From: Mantamonas sphyraenae STR306
Lineage: Eukaryota; Protista; CRuMs
Assembly (NCBI GenBank): GCA_026936335.1
Contig: JAPMXV010000044.1
Coordinates: 124,001-188,000 of the forward strand
DNA: 64,000 nucleotides
Reading direction: 5' to 3'
Shown: positions 22,094-35,702 of the stretch, piece by piece
Layout: each line of letters begins with the position of its first letter
Numbering within the stretch: the stretch's first letter is position 1
Program-made: the position numbers and the translations under genes
The notes under the pieces: generated by a model
Databases searched by the model: none
What the model saw: only the letters and a program-made list of their open reading frames with translations
What the model was told of the DNA's origin: nothing

Positions 22094-25000
22094 GCTGCTG
22101 CTTCCACTCGCTCCGCCTGCGTTGCTGCTCCCTGCGCCCGTCCCTGCAATGACCGTTACACCACCCAGCGCTCCTGCGGCTGACGGCGTCGACGGCACAC
22201 TCTGCGGCTGCAGCGACAGTACCGTGTCCAGCAACGTGCGCGTCTGCTGGATCTGCGATGCAATGTCTGCGTTGTCGTCCTGGCCAAACACCTGCGGACG
22301 GTCCACGCTCGGCAGCGTGTTGATGTACTCCAGGTACGAGCTCATCGGGCCGTCCTCCGGGATGTAGTACGTCACCAGGTCTTGGCACATGCGGTAGTTC
22401 ACCTGCTCAAGCGCTTCCTCGCAGAAGTACTCGTTCATGAACACGTGAAGCAGGCGACGGTCGTTGTCGTCCGTCACACGTCCACCGTACGTGTTGTCTC
22501 CAATCAGCTTCTTCAGCGCCATCCACGGCGTCTCTTCGTTCTCCTCCAGGTACAGGTGCAGGATGTTCTCCGAGATCTCAAAGTCGCTGTCGTTGAAGTC
22601 GTACATGATGTTCCAGCCCAACGACAGGAACTTCTTGCGCTCCAGCAGCACACTGTGGTAGAAGCACAACGCAAACAGCAGCTTCTTGTACACCTCCGGT
22701 TTGCTCGAGCTCTCAAACTTCTCCCGGTCCAGCGAGTTGTACAAACGCAACAGGTTCAGCTTCATGCCTCGCGGCGGCTCCGCCGTCATCTTGACGCTGT
22801 TCTGCAACACGCTGATCGGGAACTGTCGCGTCGGCTTCGACGACAGCCACAGGCGAAAGTCCGGATGCGGATCGCGTTCGCCGATGCTCGCCACCTCCTT
22901 CTCCAGCGTGTCCATGAAGCTGGTCATCAAGTGACAGTTGGCCAGGAACACCCAGTGGCCCATGCGGATGCCCGTGTCAATTGCCTTGAGCGCTGCCTTG
23001 GCCTGTCCCTCGCCCAGCGCAAGGCGTTCAAACCGCTCCTCCGTGTACTCCAGCTCCACGGCAAGGTGCTTCAGTGCGTTGGTCGGATCCACACCGGGCG
23101 ACAGCACAAAGATCATGGGCGACTCGGGACGGGACATCTCGTACGCTGCGCCAACGTCAAAGTTGGGCGGGTCCACGTACTGCTGGCCCAGGTTGGTCAC
23201 GATAAACTGCGTCACCGTGCTCACCACACGGTCCGGTCGCAGCACACGCACCAGAATCATGTGCTGCAGCTCTGTGCACTTGCGGCCCCATTCGCCAGGG
23301 AACGGCTTCTGCTCGGGCTCGTTGCTAAAGTACCACTCTCGCCAGTAGCGCGAGTTCTGCTCAAAGCTGCTCACCAGGTTGCGGAAGCCCGAAAGCTTCT
23401 CCAGCTCCACCAAGTCGTCCCACGCACGGTCAGGCAGCCATTCCTTGCACGGGTTGCGCTGTGTGTTCTCCAGCGCCACGCCACCCCGCAGGAAGAACAT
23501 GTACTCCTCCTCGTTGATCTTGTTCTGCTCCATCATGATCTTCACACACATCTGGAAGGCAAACAGCAGCTTGTGCTTGCCAAACAACGCACGGCACGTG
23601 TACTTGTACACACTCTGCGTATGGTAGATGTTCAACTCTCGCAGACGCACCTGGATGTCGTCGCTCTTGGGCGCGTTGCTGATGCTCTTTTCAAACAGGG
23701 CCACGTACGAGCCCAGCGAAAACTGGTACATCGGGTCTACCTGCGCCAGGTCCGTCAGCACAAAGAACAGGATCGACGAGCGCGTCGCCACGGGCAGATA
23801 CGCCTCACGAGCGCTGTCAATTTGCTTCTCTGTGCGTGTGCTGATCTCCAGTTGCTCCTTCACACTCTGTGCGGTGTTCTTACTGCTCTGCAGCGCCGTC
23901 AGAAGCACCTCGTCGTCAAGGAAGTGGCCCGACTCGGCCGTAATCAACAGCCGCAGGATTTCGTCTTCCAGCTCCTCCAGCTTCTTGTTGGCGGCAGCCA
24001 ACTGGCGCACAAGCATGTCTTTCTTCTCCTCCAGGTCGGGCTTCTCCTCCTTCACCACAATACCAAGCAGCTGCGCCTGCAGACCCGCCTGCTTCACCGC
24101 AAAGTTCACCAGAGTTGTCTTGGTCGAAATCTCCGGCGAGTAGTGCGGGTTTGCGAGCTTCGTCGTGATGTACAAGCGGAAGTCCGGGTTGTACGGAATG
24201 TCGTTTTCGCCCACGCGCATCACCCATGTCGTGCCCTGCTTGATCAGCGAGCGCGTCAGGATCGGGTCCAGCGATGCGTCCAGGTCGTCCAGCACGTTTT
24301 CCAGCAGCACAGGCGCGCCAAACTTGATGGCAGTCTCCATCGAGCGCAGCATGTCCTCCTGCTTCAGGTTGGTCACCATCAGTCGGTCGCCCTCCTTCTT
24401 CTTGATCCACTTGTTTGCCTGGCCCTGCGGGTCGATCATCAGTGGCCAGCGGTGGCAGTTGGTCACAATCACGCCATTGTCCGTCGAAAAGTCGTCCGAC
24501 GGCAGGCCCTGGATGTGCCACTCGCGCATCTCTGTTGGCGTCGACAGGAACTTGCCCACACTCAGCTTGTCACTGTACGGGATCTTTTGGTCTCGCAAGC
24601 TCCACATCCAGTTGTTTCGCACCAACTCTGTCCTGTACGACGATGTGAACGCACCGGCGTAGCTCAGGAACGCCTGTGCAATCATACTGTCGCCCACAAG
24701 AGTCGCCTGCTCCTGCGTAAATCGCTCAATCGATGCTTCCCAGCGAGTTCGCTCGTCCGCCAGGTTCGTCACAAGCTTCTCAGCACGCACCAGCTTGGTC
24801 TCCGTCTCTTCGGCGTCCTTGCGCAGCTTTTCGCGACGCGCCACACTCTCCTCGTACTTGGCCTTCAGCGACATCACCTTTTCCGTCGCTTCCTGCAACC
24901 TCGCCTTGCTCTCGCGCAACGACTCCTGCTTCTTGGCCAGCTCCTCCTCCAGAGCTGCCACGCGCAGGCGCTTCGGCGTCACCTTGCGGTACACCTGACC

Positions 25001-28000
25001 GTACTTGCGCATGGCAAACACCCAGTAGCACATCGAACGCGCCGCCACAGACACCTTGCCCACCTCCGCCGGCGTGAACATCTCGTCCTCGCAGATCTTT
25101 TCGATCTTGCGCAGCACCGAGTCGCTCATCGACGACTTGTCGAACGTCAGCAGGCGCTCCTTGAAGTTCGGGTCGTTCAGCTCCTTCTTTGCAGACGCCC
25201 ACGTAGTCTCCTTGCGGATGATAAGCATCACTGCCTTCATCACATGCTCCACAAGTGTCGGCGGGTTGTTGTACGCGCGAATCTCGGCCAGATCCTGCTT
25301 CGGCAGGCGCTGCAGCTCCTTCTCCGCGTTGCGGAACTCGGGCATTGCCTCCTCCAGATCTTGGTTGGCCGCCTCTGCCAACGCCTTCACCTGCTCCTCC
25401 TCCTTGGCAATCTTTTCCGACTCTGCACCCACCTGCTTGGCCTTTTCGTCGGCCGAGCGACGCTCGCCCACAATGATCACCAACAGGTTCTCACACTCCT
25501 CTTGCGACTTGGCCACCTTTTTCTTCTGCGCCTCCAGGTCCACCTTCATCTCGTGCACCTCTTCTTTGGTCTCCTCCAACCTGCTCAGACCGTTGCCCAA
25601 CTTGTCGATGCTCTGCTGGTACGAGTTGCGCTTTTCCAGCAACAGGTTGCGGTAGCCCTCCACAAGCTCCAAGTAGTGCGTCGGAGTGATGTAGTTGTGC
25701 CTGCGCAGCTCGCTGGCCATGCGCACACTCTGTGCGCCCGCCGTGCGATGCACCTTGACAAACATCTGAATGATTTGGTTCTTCATGTCCTGGGAGCCGA
25801 GGTCAAGATCATGCGTGAAGCGTTCTGCCACCTCAAACAATGCCTCGGTCGGCCAGTCGGAGAACCAGTCGATGGTCGTGTTGTTCACCAGCGCAGGGTA
25901 GTTGCGCACGCGGTTGCGGAACGAATTGCCGATCGGGCTCATGCACAACACCAGGTGCATGTTGAACACGGCGCGGTCAATAAAGAATTGAAACAGCGCG
26001 TCCGGCTGATCGGGCTTTCCTGCGGCCAACGCGTCCTCTCGCACCTGGTCGCGGATCTGCAACAGCTCGTCCTTCTCAAACAGAGACGGCACCTCGCCGC
26101 TGCTCAGCATGTTGTTGATGTCCTCCAAGAAGTCTTCCTGGATCTGCGACTCGCCCACAAGGAACACCGTGGGCACCTTTTCAACACCCGTCTTCAGGTA
26201 CAGCTTCTTCAGATCCTCGCGGAACTCGTTCAAGCGATACTGCTTGGTGATCTCGATGGTGAACAACGAACAGCCGGCCATGAACGAGGCGATGCGCGCA
26301 AGTGAACGCCTGCCCGAACCACCCACGCCAATCAGCAGCGCGTTGCCGCGAGGCTGGCGAAGGATGCGGTGGATGCGGCAGATGTGCTTGACTGCGTCGT
26401 CAAACAACACAAGGTCCAGCGGCGTCACATACGGCTCCACGTTGTACTCCTCCATCTTGTACTCGATCAACTCCTTCAGCGCCTCCATATCCGAAATCTC
26501 CTCGTACACAGGCACCTCTGTGATGCCCTCCTTCATAAAGTCGCCAAAGATGGGCGGCTCGCCGCTGCGGAACAGCTGCTTCCAGCCCATGTTGAAGGTG
26601 CTGATCAGACGGTCACTGAGCATCTTGTTGAACCACGCACGATCTGCGTCGTCGTTGAGGCGGTCGTGGAACACGCGGTAGCACTCGTGCACCCACAAGC
26701 GCAGGATGCTCTCACGCGAGTCGTAGTACTCTCGGTTGGCCAAAGCAAGGCCCTGGAACACCTTGCTCATGTCGCGCATGTTGAACACATAGTGCGACTT
26801 GCTCGGGATGGGGCGCATCTCCTTGATCACACTCTTGTACACATCCACGGTGGCCTCTGTCAGGGGCTCGGCCAGCGCGCGGATGTCCTCGTAGAAATCG
26901 CTCAGCTTCTGCTCCATGATCGATCCAAAGATACGACGCACCTGCGAGTCGTGCGGGAACGTGATGTTGATCAGGTTGAACTTGCTCTGCAGGCGCTGCG
27001 ACAGTTCGCTGCGTCCTCCACCCGGAGGGCCCATGGCCGCAAGCAGCTGCATTCCCTGGATGTACTTGGGCGCATGCTTCTCATGATCGTACCAGAATCC
27101 ATACTCCAGCCACTGACGCAACAGCTCCAGAGGGGGTTGTGCGCCGAATTCTTCCTTGGCTGGCATGTTCAAGTCGTCCACAAACGTCACCATACGCTTG
27201 CCGTTGTACGGCACGTACTTGTCCTTGGTGCGCTTTTCCACGCGCGACTCGATCAGGTCCACAATGCGTTCCACCGTCGTGCGTGCGCTAAAGTTCATGT
27301 TCAGCGACACAAAGCGCGAGTCCTCCAGCTGCGACAGCGCCGAGTTGATGATGGCCGTCTTGCCCACGCCCGTGTCACCCACCAGCAGCACGTGCTTCTG
27401 CGAGCGCACCAGTGCGTTGATCAGGAACGAGTAGCGGCGCGTGTCCACCGTCGGCACAAGAATCTTGTAGAACGGGATGTCCGAGCGGTAGCGCCAGTGC
27501 TTCAGCGTGTCTTCCCACTGGGCCCAGCCCTTCTGCACCGTGTCCACGTAGTACTCGTACACCGTCGTGCCCATTTTGGACGGGAATTGGCCATCAATGT
27601 CGCGCAGACACATGTCCATGCGCTTGCGGCCCTCGTCGTCCACCGAGCCACCCACACTCCAGATCAGCGAAAACAAGAACCACAGCTCGATCATGCGGTG
27701 GTAAAAATCCGGATCCTGAAGCGTCACGCCGTTCTCGGGCGTTGCCAGCGAGTCGAACAGCCTGCACAGCGACATCACCGCGTTGAGGTCGGTGATGGGC
27801 ACCAGCTCGTCACAGTTCTCCTTCTTGTACCGCAGAACAGGGGCCACCCACTTCTTCACCAGCTTGGCCAGCGTCTCGGCCATTTCCGTTTCCGTCTTGC
27901 TGGCCAACCAGCTGTCCACAAACGGCTGCCACCCGAGCATATCTGCGTCCAGATACACCATACCACAGCGCGACACCGTTGCCGGCGATGCCTGATTCAA

Positions 28001-31000
28001 ATCCTCGACCTCAAACAGAAGCGAGACCTGGTGCGGGATGTCGATACGCTCGCTGTTGGCCAGCGTCAGCACCTTGTTGTCGTCCAGGACACTGTTCATG
28101 GACTCAATCCACAGCGTATCCACAGGGCCGTCCAGAACCAGCCACTTTTGCTTTGGCGACGTGTCGTTGGACACGTCGGCCATGATCTGCGCCAGTGTGC
28201 CGTCCGTCCACTCGCGTGTGCGCTTGTCGTAGTCACCAAACAGCTGGCCACGGTCCATCGACTTGGGGTTCAGCGTGTGCACGACCACCTCCACAAACGG
28301 ATCCACGCCGGCCTCGGCCAAGCGCGTCATTGCGCCGGCCAATACACTCCACGTTGTCGTCTTGCCTCCACCCGACGGTCCGATCACCATCACACCGTGG
28401 CGTGTCTCCTTGGTGTCGTACAGCTGCACAATCCTGCTCATCAGATGATCGCTCTGCTGCAGGCCACGCTCCGCCATCTCCTCTTCGATGGCACTCTCCA
28501 GATCTGCATAGTTGTCGTCCACGAGCTCCACGTGCGGGAACAGGTCACCCAAGATGGCCTCAAACAGGGGCAAATCATCACCCACAAACTTGGGCATGTT
28601 CATCTTGCGCAACGCACGCATGAGCACGATCTCTTCGCTGGCGTCGCTCACGCGCTTCATGGCACCAGCCGCCGCAAGCACACTCTTGATGGCACGCAGA
28701 CCGAAATCGTAGTGGTTCTGCTTGCTCAGCTGCTGGCTTGCCAGCTGGTACAGCGTGGTGATCTTCTTGAACAGCAACGGTGCCGTGGTGAATCCTTCGG
28801 AAAACAGAGTGATCTGCACAATCTGTGACGCATCCGGCACCATCATGGCCACTGGGCGGAACAGACTCTTCAGGTTGTCTGGCAGCTCTGTGCGGCCCTT
28901 GTATCCCGGGTTCATGGTCACAAAGATACCGCAGGTCGGGTTCAGGTTGATGTCCCGGCCCTGGAAGTTGAAGCGGTGCTTGTTCTCCGCAATGGCACCC
29001 AGGATGTCGGTCATCTGTTGCGCCACCACCGACAACACTTCCGCCTCAATGCGGTTAAACTCATCCATGCACGACCACACGCCAGTCTGCGCCAGACCCG
29101 AAAACGTGCGGTCCATGGCCTTGCTATCCAGGCCCTCGGAGCAGTTGAACACAATCACATACTTGCCCAGCGCTTTGCCCAGATCCTTCACCGTCTCTGT
29201 TTTGCCCGTACCGGCGGGGCCTTGTGGCGACCCGCCACGCTTGAAGTGCAACGCCGTCGTCAGCGTCATGTAGCACCTGTCTGTAAGTGGCGTCACCACC
29301 AGGCGGCCACTGTTGCCCAGATACTCGTAGCCGTAGATGAACTGGGCGTTGGTCTGCTCCACAAAGCAGTCGTCCTGCACCTTGTCCCAGTAGAAGCGCA
29401 ACTGCGACAACCATTCGAAGCTGTTGGGCGACGTCGTGTTTGTCGCAATCATGCGCTGGATCACGTCGCGGCTATGCACCTCGATGGTCATCAGTGCGTT
29501 CAGCTTGGTGCGTGTCAGCTTGTCCAGTTGGCCTCGCACCATCGAGGCCAGGCTCTTGACGTAGCCCACCTGCTTGCGGCGCAGCTCACGCAGCGCGTGT
29601 CGCTCGCCCTTTTCGATTTCACGCAGGGCGCGTTCGCACTCGTGCGTCCAGCTGATCTGTCCGCTTGTGATCAGCAGCTGGCCGGCCCACTTTTCGATCC
29701 AGCGGTCGCGCGATGTCTTGCGCATGCTCGAGAAGCACTCGCTCAGAAGGCGACGGATTGTTGTGCGCATTGTGGCCTCCACCATGGACAGCCACATCTC
29801 CACAGGGCCCTCTGCAATCACAGGGTTCTCAAATGGCACGTACTCGCCCTCGGGCGAGTGCATCCCAAGCACCTCGTGGCTTGCGCGCCCATCCTTGCTC
29901 GCCGGGCTAAACTTGACTCGGTCGATGGCCGCAAAGCACTTTTTCAGGTGCGGCTGAACCGCTTCGGGGTCCTTGGCCTGACCAAGGATCTGCAGCAGCT
30001 CGCCGTCAGACAGGAAGTAGAAGCGAGGGAAGCGCTCGCGCTTGGTCTCCAGGTACTGGTCCAGCGCCTTTTGGATCTTCACCATCTTGTTCTCCATCTC
30101 CACGAGCATTTCAAACATGCCCTCGACGTGAGTGCCTCGCAGCGCGTTGCGGTCCTCCTTCACGATGCGGTTCATGATGGTGCGCCAGTTTGCGTTGACA
30201 GTCGCAAACGTAGCCGCCTCGGCTGGCAGTTGCTTGCGGATGTCCTCGCTCGTGCCAAAAATGTTCTCCAGGTACAGCCACTTGACCTGCACCTTGAGGA
30301 TCATCTCCACAGTCTCCAGGATGCGCGACAACGTGCGTTCCCACCGCTCCACCTTTTCCTCAAACGCCACATAGTAGCGCGAGGCCTTGAGCATGGACAG
30401 CGCAACCTGCGAGTCCTCCAGATCTTTGTACAGCTTGTCGGCGCTGGTGAGGCGGTAGTATTCGCGACCCGGGATGGGGGCCACCTCCAGCGTCTGCTCC
30501 TTCCACGTCGCCTCGATTTTGTTCAATTGGTCCTCCACGTCCAGTTCGTTGCGCGCATCGCTGGCCAACTGAGAAATCAGCTCGCTGTAGTTGTCCAGGC
30601 CCAGCGACAGGATGGACTCCAGGTTAAAGTCATCCGCCGTGGGGTCAAACGTCTTTTGCACCTCGTCCATGAGCGTCTCCCAATGCCTCTGGCGCAGCGC
30701 CTCTGTCTTCAGGTCGTTGATCAGCGGCATGGTCTTCTTGAACACGTCGACCCTTTCGCGGATGTAGATCCACACCTCCCAGTTCTTGATTTCGCGCAGA
30801 CGCATGATGCTGCGCATAAACTCGACGGCGCGGCCTTCCATGTCCTTCTCGTCCACCTCGCGGAACGTGGTGGTCTTCCACGACTCCCACGCCACGTTCC
30901 ATTCTTGCACAATCGTCCAGATCTGCCGCAGCAAGCCCAGCTCGCGCGCAGTCTGACCGATGTCCTTGAACGGCGGGTGTTCGATCTGAAAGATGGCCAG

Positions 31001-34000
31001 GCCGCGGCGGATGGCTGCGTCTTTGGCCTTCATCTCGTTGATCTGGTCCTCAAACGACTGGATGATGTCAAACGCCTGGCGCACGCTGACCACACTTTCA
31101 AACGGGCCGCGCACACTGAACTGCTTGCGCATCTCCTTGACCGAAGTCGTAAAGTTCTCCAAATCCTGCAGGAGCTCGACTTTGAAGCGCTCCTTGGAGC
31201 CCTCCAGCATGTGCTCGGTCTCGTCGAGCGTCTTTTTGAACTGCGTCCATTCAGAGCGGATGCCCGCGAGCAGCTCCATGTCCTCGGCCGCAGGGCTGAC
31301 GTCGAACTTTTGCAACGTCTTGTACTGGTCCTCCAGCGGCGCGAACTGCTTCTCCGTCTCGGGCATCTCTTTCTTGAGCTTGCGCAGCAGGTCGACACTC
31401 TCACCAAGCATGTCCAGCGACTCGGGCCGCTGGCTAAGCTGCTGGCTGTGCTTGACAAAGTCGTTGTGCAGCTTGTGCAGCTGTGTGCTTGCGTTGTCGC
31501 TGAGCAGCTCTGTAAACTTGGCTTGCCACTCGGTACAGTGCGCAATCAGGGCTTGCTTGAGCAGCGAGCAGTCGATGCGCATGAACGACAGCGACGTGAT
31601 GGTCTCGACAGTCTGAATTTCCTGCTGCAGTTCGCGGTAGCGCGAGATGTCTGTCTCAAAGGCGTCGAGCGGGCGGTCGGCCAGGGCGTAGCGTCGGATG
31701 AACGCGCGCTTGTTGAGATCCCAAATTTGCTTGTACTTGTCCCAGTCCTTCTTGTAGCCGTCCAGTTTGTGGACGTTGCTCTTCATGCCCTTGCTGATGT
31801 TGATGTTGATCTTGACGATGTCCATCTCCTCCTCGACAATGATCGCGTAGAAGCTCTTGCGGGACACCTCGGGCTCGGCCGTTTGCTCCACGTCTGCGTC
31901 TGCGCCTCCTGAGACGGCGGAACGAGGCGACGAGGGCGCGTCTTCACTGCTGGAGGAGGACGAGGACGAAGATGACGGCTTGAGGGTGTTGCTTGTGGGA
32001 CCGGCGTCCGCAGAGGCGGAGGCCTCGTCGCCGTTGTTGGCCTCGCCGTCGCTGTCGTGTGTGTCGTCCTGCGGGTCGCTGAAGCTGCCGGGCATGGTGC
32101 GTGTCTGGTACACCCCGAGGGTGTCTGTGAGGCGAGGCACGACTTTGACCACAGTGATCATCTCTTGAGAGATCTGCTCGACGGTTGCGGTGAGTTTGTC
32201 GAAACTGGGCGAAAAGTCGACCTTGCCTTCGAGGACCACGTTGACGGTGAAGAGGGGAATAGGAGCGGTCTTGCCGTCGCCAATGATGGCACGCGAGATC
32301 TCTTGCAGCGAGCGCTTGACGGTGAGGGTGAGGGCCTCCTTGACGAGCTCGTCGATCTTCTCGGTGGTGGAAGCCCACTCGCGTTGGACGACGTCGGAGC
32401 CGTCCTTAAAGACCTCGTAGGCGTTGTTCATGATGCTTGTGATCTGCGCGTGCATGTCTTCGAGCTTCTTGCGGCAGCGCTCGCGGTGCTTGTGCTGGAG
32501 CTCCACAAAGGCGTCGACCTCGTAGACACGCTTCTTCTCGATGCTCACGAGGGTCATCTCGGAGATCTGGGTGCAAATTTGATACACCTGGTCATACGCA
32601 TCCTTGTAGTCTGTGACGAGGCGGTTGACCTCGCGGCAGTTGCGGCGGCATTCTTTGACAAAGTACTCAACCAGTTCTTGCTGGACCCAGGTGTGCTTGG
32701 TGAGGCCCGGCAGGATCTTCTTGTCGAGGCTGTGGATACGGTCGGAGAACAGGCGAGAGTCGTCCTCAGCCTCGAGGGACTCGATGATGCTGTTGTAGTC
32801 GCGCACGACAAGGAGGACGTTTTCGCGCAGGACGCGCAGCGACTCGCGGTTGTTGTACAGGTCGAGGATCTGGGAGCTGATCTCAAACAACGAGAGCTTC
32901 TCCCAATACTGCACCTCGTGGAAGAGGCGCATGAGGCTCTTGTCAAAGTTGTTCTCGAGGAGGCCGTTGCGTTTGCGCATCAGCGAGTTTTCCAGGCGGC
33001 GGTCGGACTTTGTGTCGTGCACCATGGCCTGCTGCTCCCACACCTCGAAGCAATAGGTCTTGATGTAGGTCTGCAGGCTGTCCTGGAGGGTATGGTACAT
33101 GGCGCGGACGTCGACGGAGGCTTCGGGCACGCTGGGCAGAAAGGTGCTCTTGTCGAGGAGGTCGAAGGACTCCTCGATGCGGTCTGCGAGAGAGAGGGCC
33201 CAGATTGCGGCGCCTGCGTAGCGCGGGTGGCTGGGCTGGATGGGCGGGTTGTTGCGTCCGCGGTCAAACTCGGCCGAGACGAGCTCGAGGTCGGCCTGGA
33301 ACATCTTCCACGTCTTTGTGGTCTGGGAGACGATTGCGCGGCGGATGTCCTTCCTGCGTGCAAGGTACTCAAAGACCTCAAGCATCTCGACGGCGGCAGC
33401 GACGTTGCTGACGGATGAAAAGGCGGTTGTGATGACGTTCTTCATCATGACCTCGAGTTCCTTGATGCCAGCCTTGAAGCTGTTGAAGTCGTCGTGCCAC
33501 TTGGTGGCTTTGACGTCAAGGATGTCGTAGGGGAGGTTGCGCAGGTTGCCGATGAGGCGATAGAAGGAGGCCTCGATGTCGTACAGTCCCTTTGCGATGT
33601 CGGGGCCCTTGGAGCCGCCAAAGGCAGGCAGCTGCATGGGCTCGGAGCCGCCCATCTTGCGCGCAAACTGGACTTGTCCTTCGCACACCTCCATGAGGTC
33701 ACGGCAGCGCTGGACAAAGGCGTTGATCTGCGCAAAGATGCTGCTGTTCTGGTCCTTAAAGTCCCACTTGCGCTCGCCCTGTCGGTTGTCGAGACCCTTT
33801 GCGGTGCGCTCAAAAATGACTTTCCACTGCTCGCCGCAATGGATGGACTGCTGGAGGACCGAGATGGACTCCTGGACGTTCCCGTCAAAGATCTCGTCGA
33901 GAGAGATTGCGGCGCAGCAGCGGTTGATGATTTCGTTGCTGACCTTGCGGAGGAGGCCCGTGAGGCGCTCGGATGTGTTGTAGTGTGCAGAAATGCCCCA

Positions 34001-35442
34001 GATCATGCGAATGTAATTGAGGAGGGTGGGGAGGATGCCGGGGATTTCGCGCGGCTCTGCAGCGGCAAGCTGCTCGCAGGGCTCCTTGAGGGCACTGAGG
34101 AACTTGAGGTTGTCCTGGGCCTCCATGGACTTGCTCTCGATCTGTTGGGAGAGCACCTTGAAGGGGCGGACGTAGGAGGATTTGCGGTTGCGGAGGTAGG
34201 CGACAATGTCCTGAACGGAGGGCCTGTTGATCTGTTCACGCAGGCCCATGAGGTCGACGGTACGCGAGGCCCAGAACTGGATCTCTGCGAGAGGACCTGC
34301 ATTTTCGCTGTGGTCGCTGCTGTCCTGATTGTTGAGGACCTCCTTGATTTGGCGGGTCCAGTGAATGAGTGCGTTTTCGTAGCGCTCCTTGAGGCTCTTG
34401 TCCTTGTCCTCGCCGTCCTCGCCGTCGACGGTGTCACCATCGTCGGCAGCGGAGGAGGAGGAAGAGGAGAAGTTGGACTCGGGCACATAAAGGACAGTGA
34501 AGCCTTTTTGCTGGTTGGCAGTCTCTGTGAGGGCAGCCATGTACTTGTGGAGCTGCTCTGCAAACTCCTTCTTGATGCTCTCTGGCCAGTTGTTGTTGTC
34601 CAGGAAGATGGGCACGTAGACGGTGGACATGAGGCGGAAGAGGGAGTCGATGGCGTTGCCGGAAAGGTTGCCAAACTGGACGAGTTTGTCGAGGTTGTCC
34701 GGATGGGGCTGCTCGTTGCTGGTCTGGCGCACAAAGAACATGAGGTGTGCAGGCGGTTCTGTGGGCAGGGCGTACTGTGCGCAAAGGCCGATGACCGGGT
34801 CGATGTACACAAACAAGCGACGCACGCTGTCGTTGTTGAGGAACTCGGCGATGTTGTGATTGTGGTCCTGTTGCGGGGATGGGTGTAAAAAGAGTGTGGG
34901 AACAGGCACACGAGTGTGAGGTGGGTGTGGAGTGGATGACAAGGGAGTGCGTGGGAGAAGGGTGGGCAACGGCACACGCATGACACAAACGGGTGCGCAA
35001 AGGAGGCGAGGAGAAGCAACACGGGAAGAACACACGGTGCGTGGGCAAGCACACAAGATGTGCGGATGCAATGAGGGGGGGTAGGAGGTGACATTGGGAG
35101 GTGTGGAGTGTGTGCGGGCGGGAGTTGGGTGGCGTTCCGTTTTTGCGAGTGGCGACACAAAGGGCACGTACCTCCATCCACATGTCCTGGGACAAATCCG
35201 GCAGGATGACACGTTCGCGGATCCAATGGATGCAGTAGTCCTGGACGGCAGCGGCCTCATCGGCCATGATGAGGTCGTCCTGGGTCTGAAAGAGGGCGGC
35301 GTGTGAGTGAAACGGCTCTTTCGCGCCAATTTGTAGTTTGAGGGAGGCGGGAGGATGCGGGCGGGGTGCATGGAGGGCGAGGCAGAGGCAGGAGGTGACG
35401 GGGGTGGAAACGTACATGCGAGGATGCCGAGGAGCCAAACGT

Positions 35443-35477
<35 letters not shown>

Positions 35478-35643
35478 CTTGGGCGGCGGCCGAGGCGGAG
35501 TAGGCCTGAGGCGGCGGCGACGAGGTCTCCCCCTGCTGTGTGGTGGGAGAGCCAGCCTGCTGCTCCAACATGTCGTCTTCGTCCTCGGACGAAAAGTCCT
35601 GAGGCGGTGGCGAGCTCGAAGAGGGTTGCTCGAGGTCGGCCAT
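21176..35643 (-). CDS. DNAH2: Axonemal inner-arm dynein heavy chain I1-beta, 3 exons (last exon about 13.7 kb)
   Basis: Exons 35643-35416, 35285-35172, 34867-21176; DHC_N1 tail GPLAEIQFW; P-loops GPAGTGKTET, GPSGGGKT, GDTGVGKT, GVGGSGR; C-terminus WTKRGTALLLS typical of DNAH2. Confidence 0.93.
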
Positions 35644-35702
35644 GGTCGTTCTTGTTGGGTTCGGTTGGTGGCAGCGACGGACGGCCCAAAGCCGCCTCTT
35701 GG

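Noticed and set aside
22382-31912. Very long + strand ORFs (1307, 819 and 978 aa) antisense to dynein, and similar ones opposite eEF2, Nap1, PGK and GH31
   Set aside because: Shadow ORFs caused by GC-rich codon bias and rarity of TTA/CTA/TCA codons; no recognisable domains.
21176-34867. Stop-to-sense reassignment (ciliate-type genetic code)
   Set aside because: Conserved proteins translate to full length under the standard code with no in-frame stops, and both TAA and TGA terminate genes at expected positions.
34868-35689. ORF-track N-terminal extension of dynein (4837 aa)
   Set aside because: It reads through C-rich introns and off-frame exons; the spliced model from ATG 35643 is better supported.
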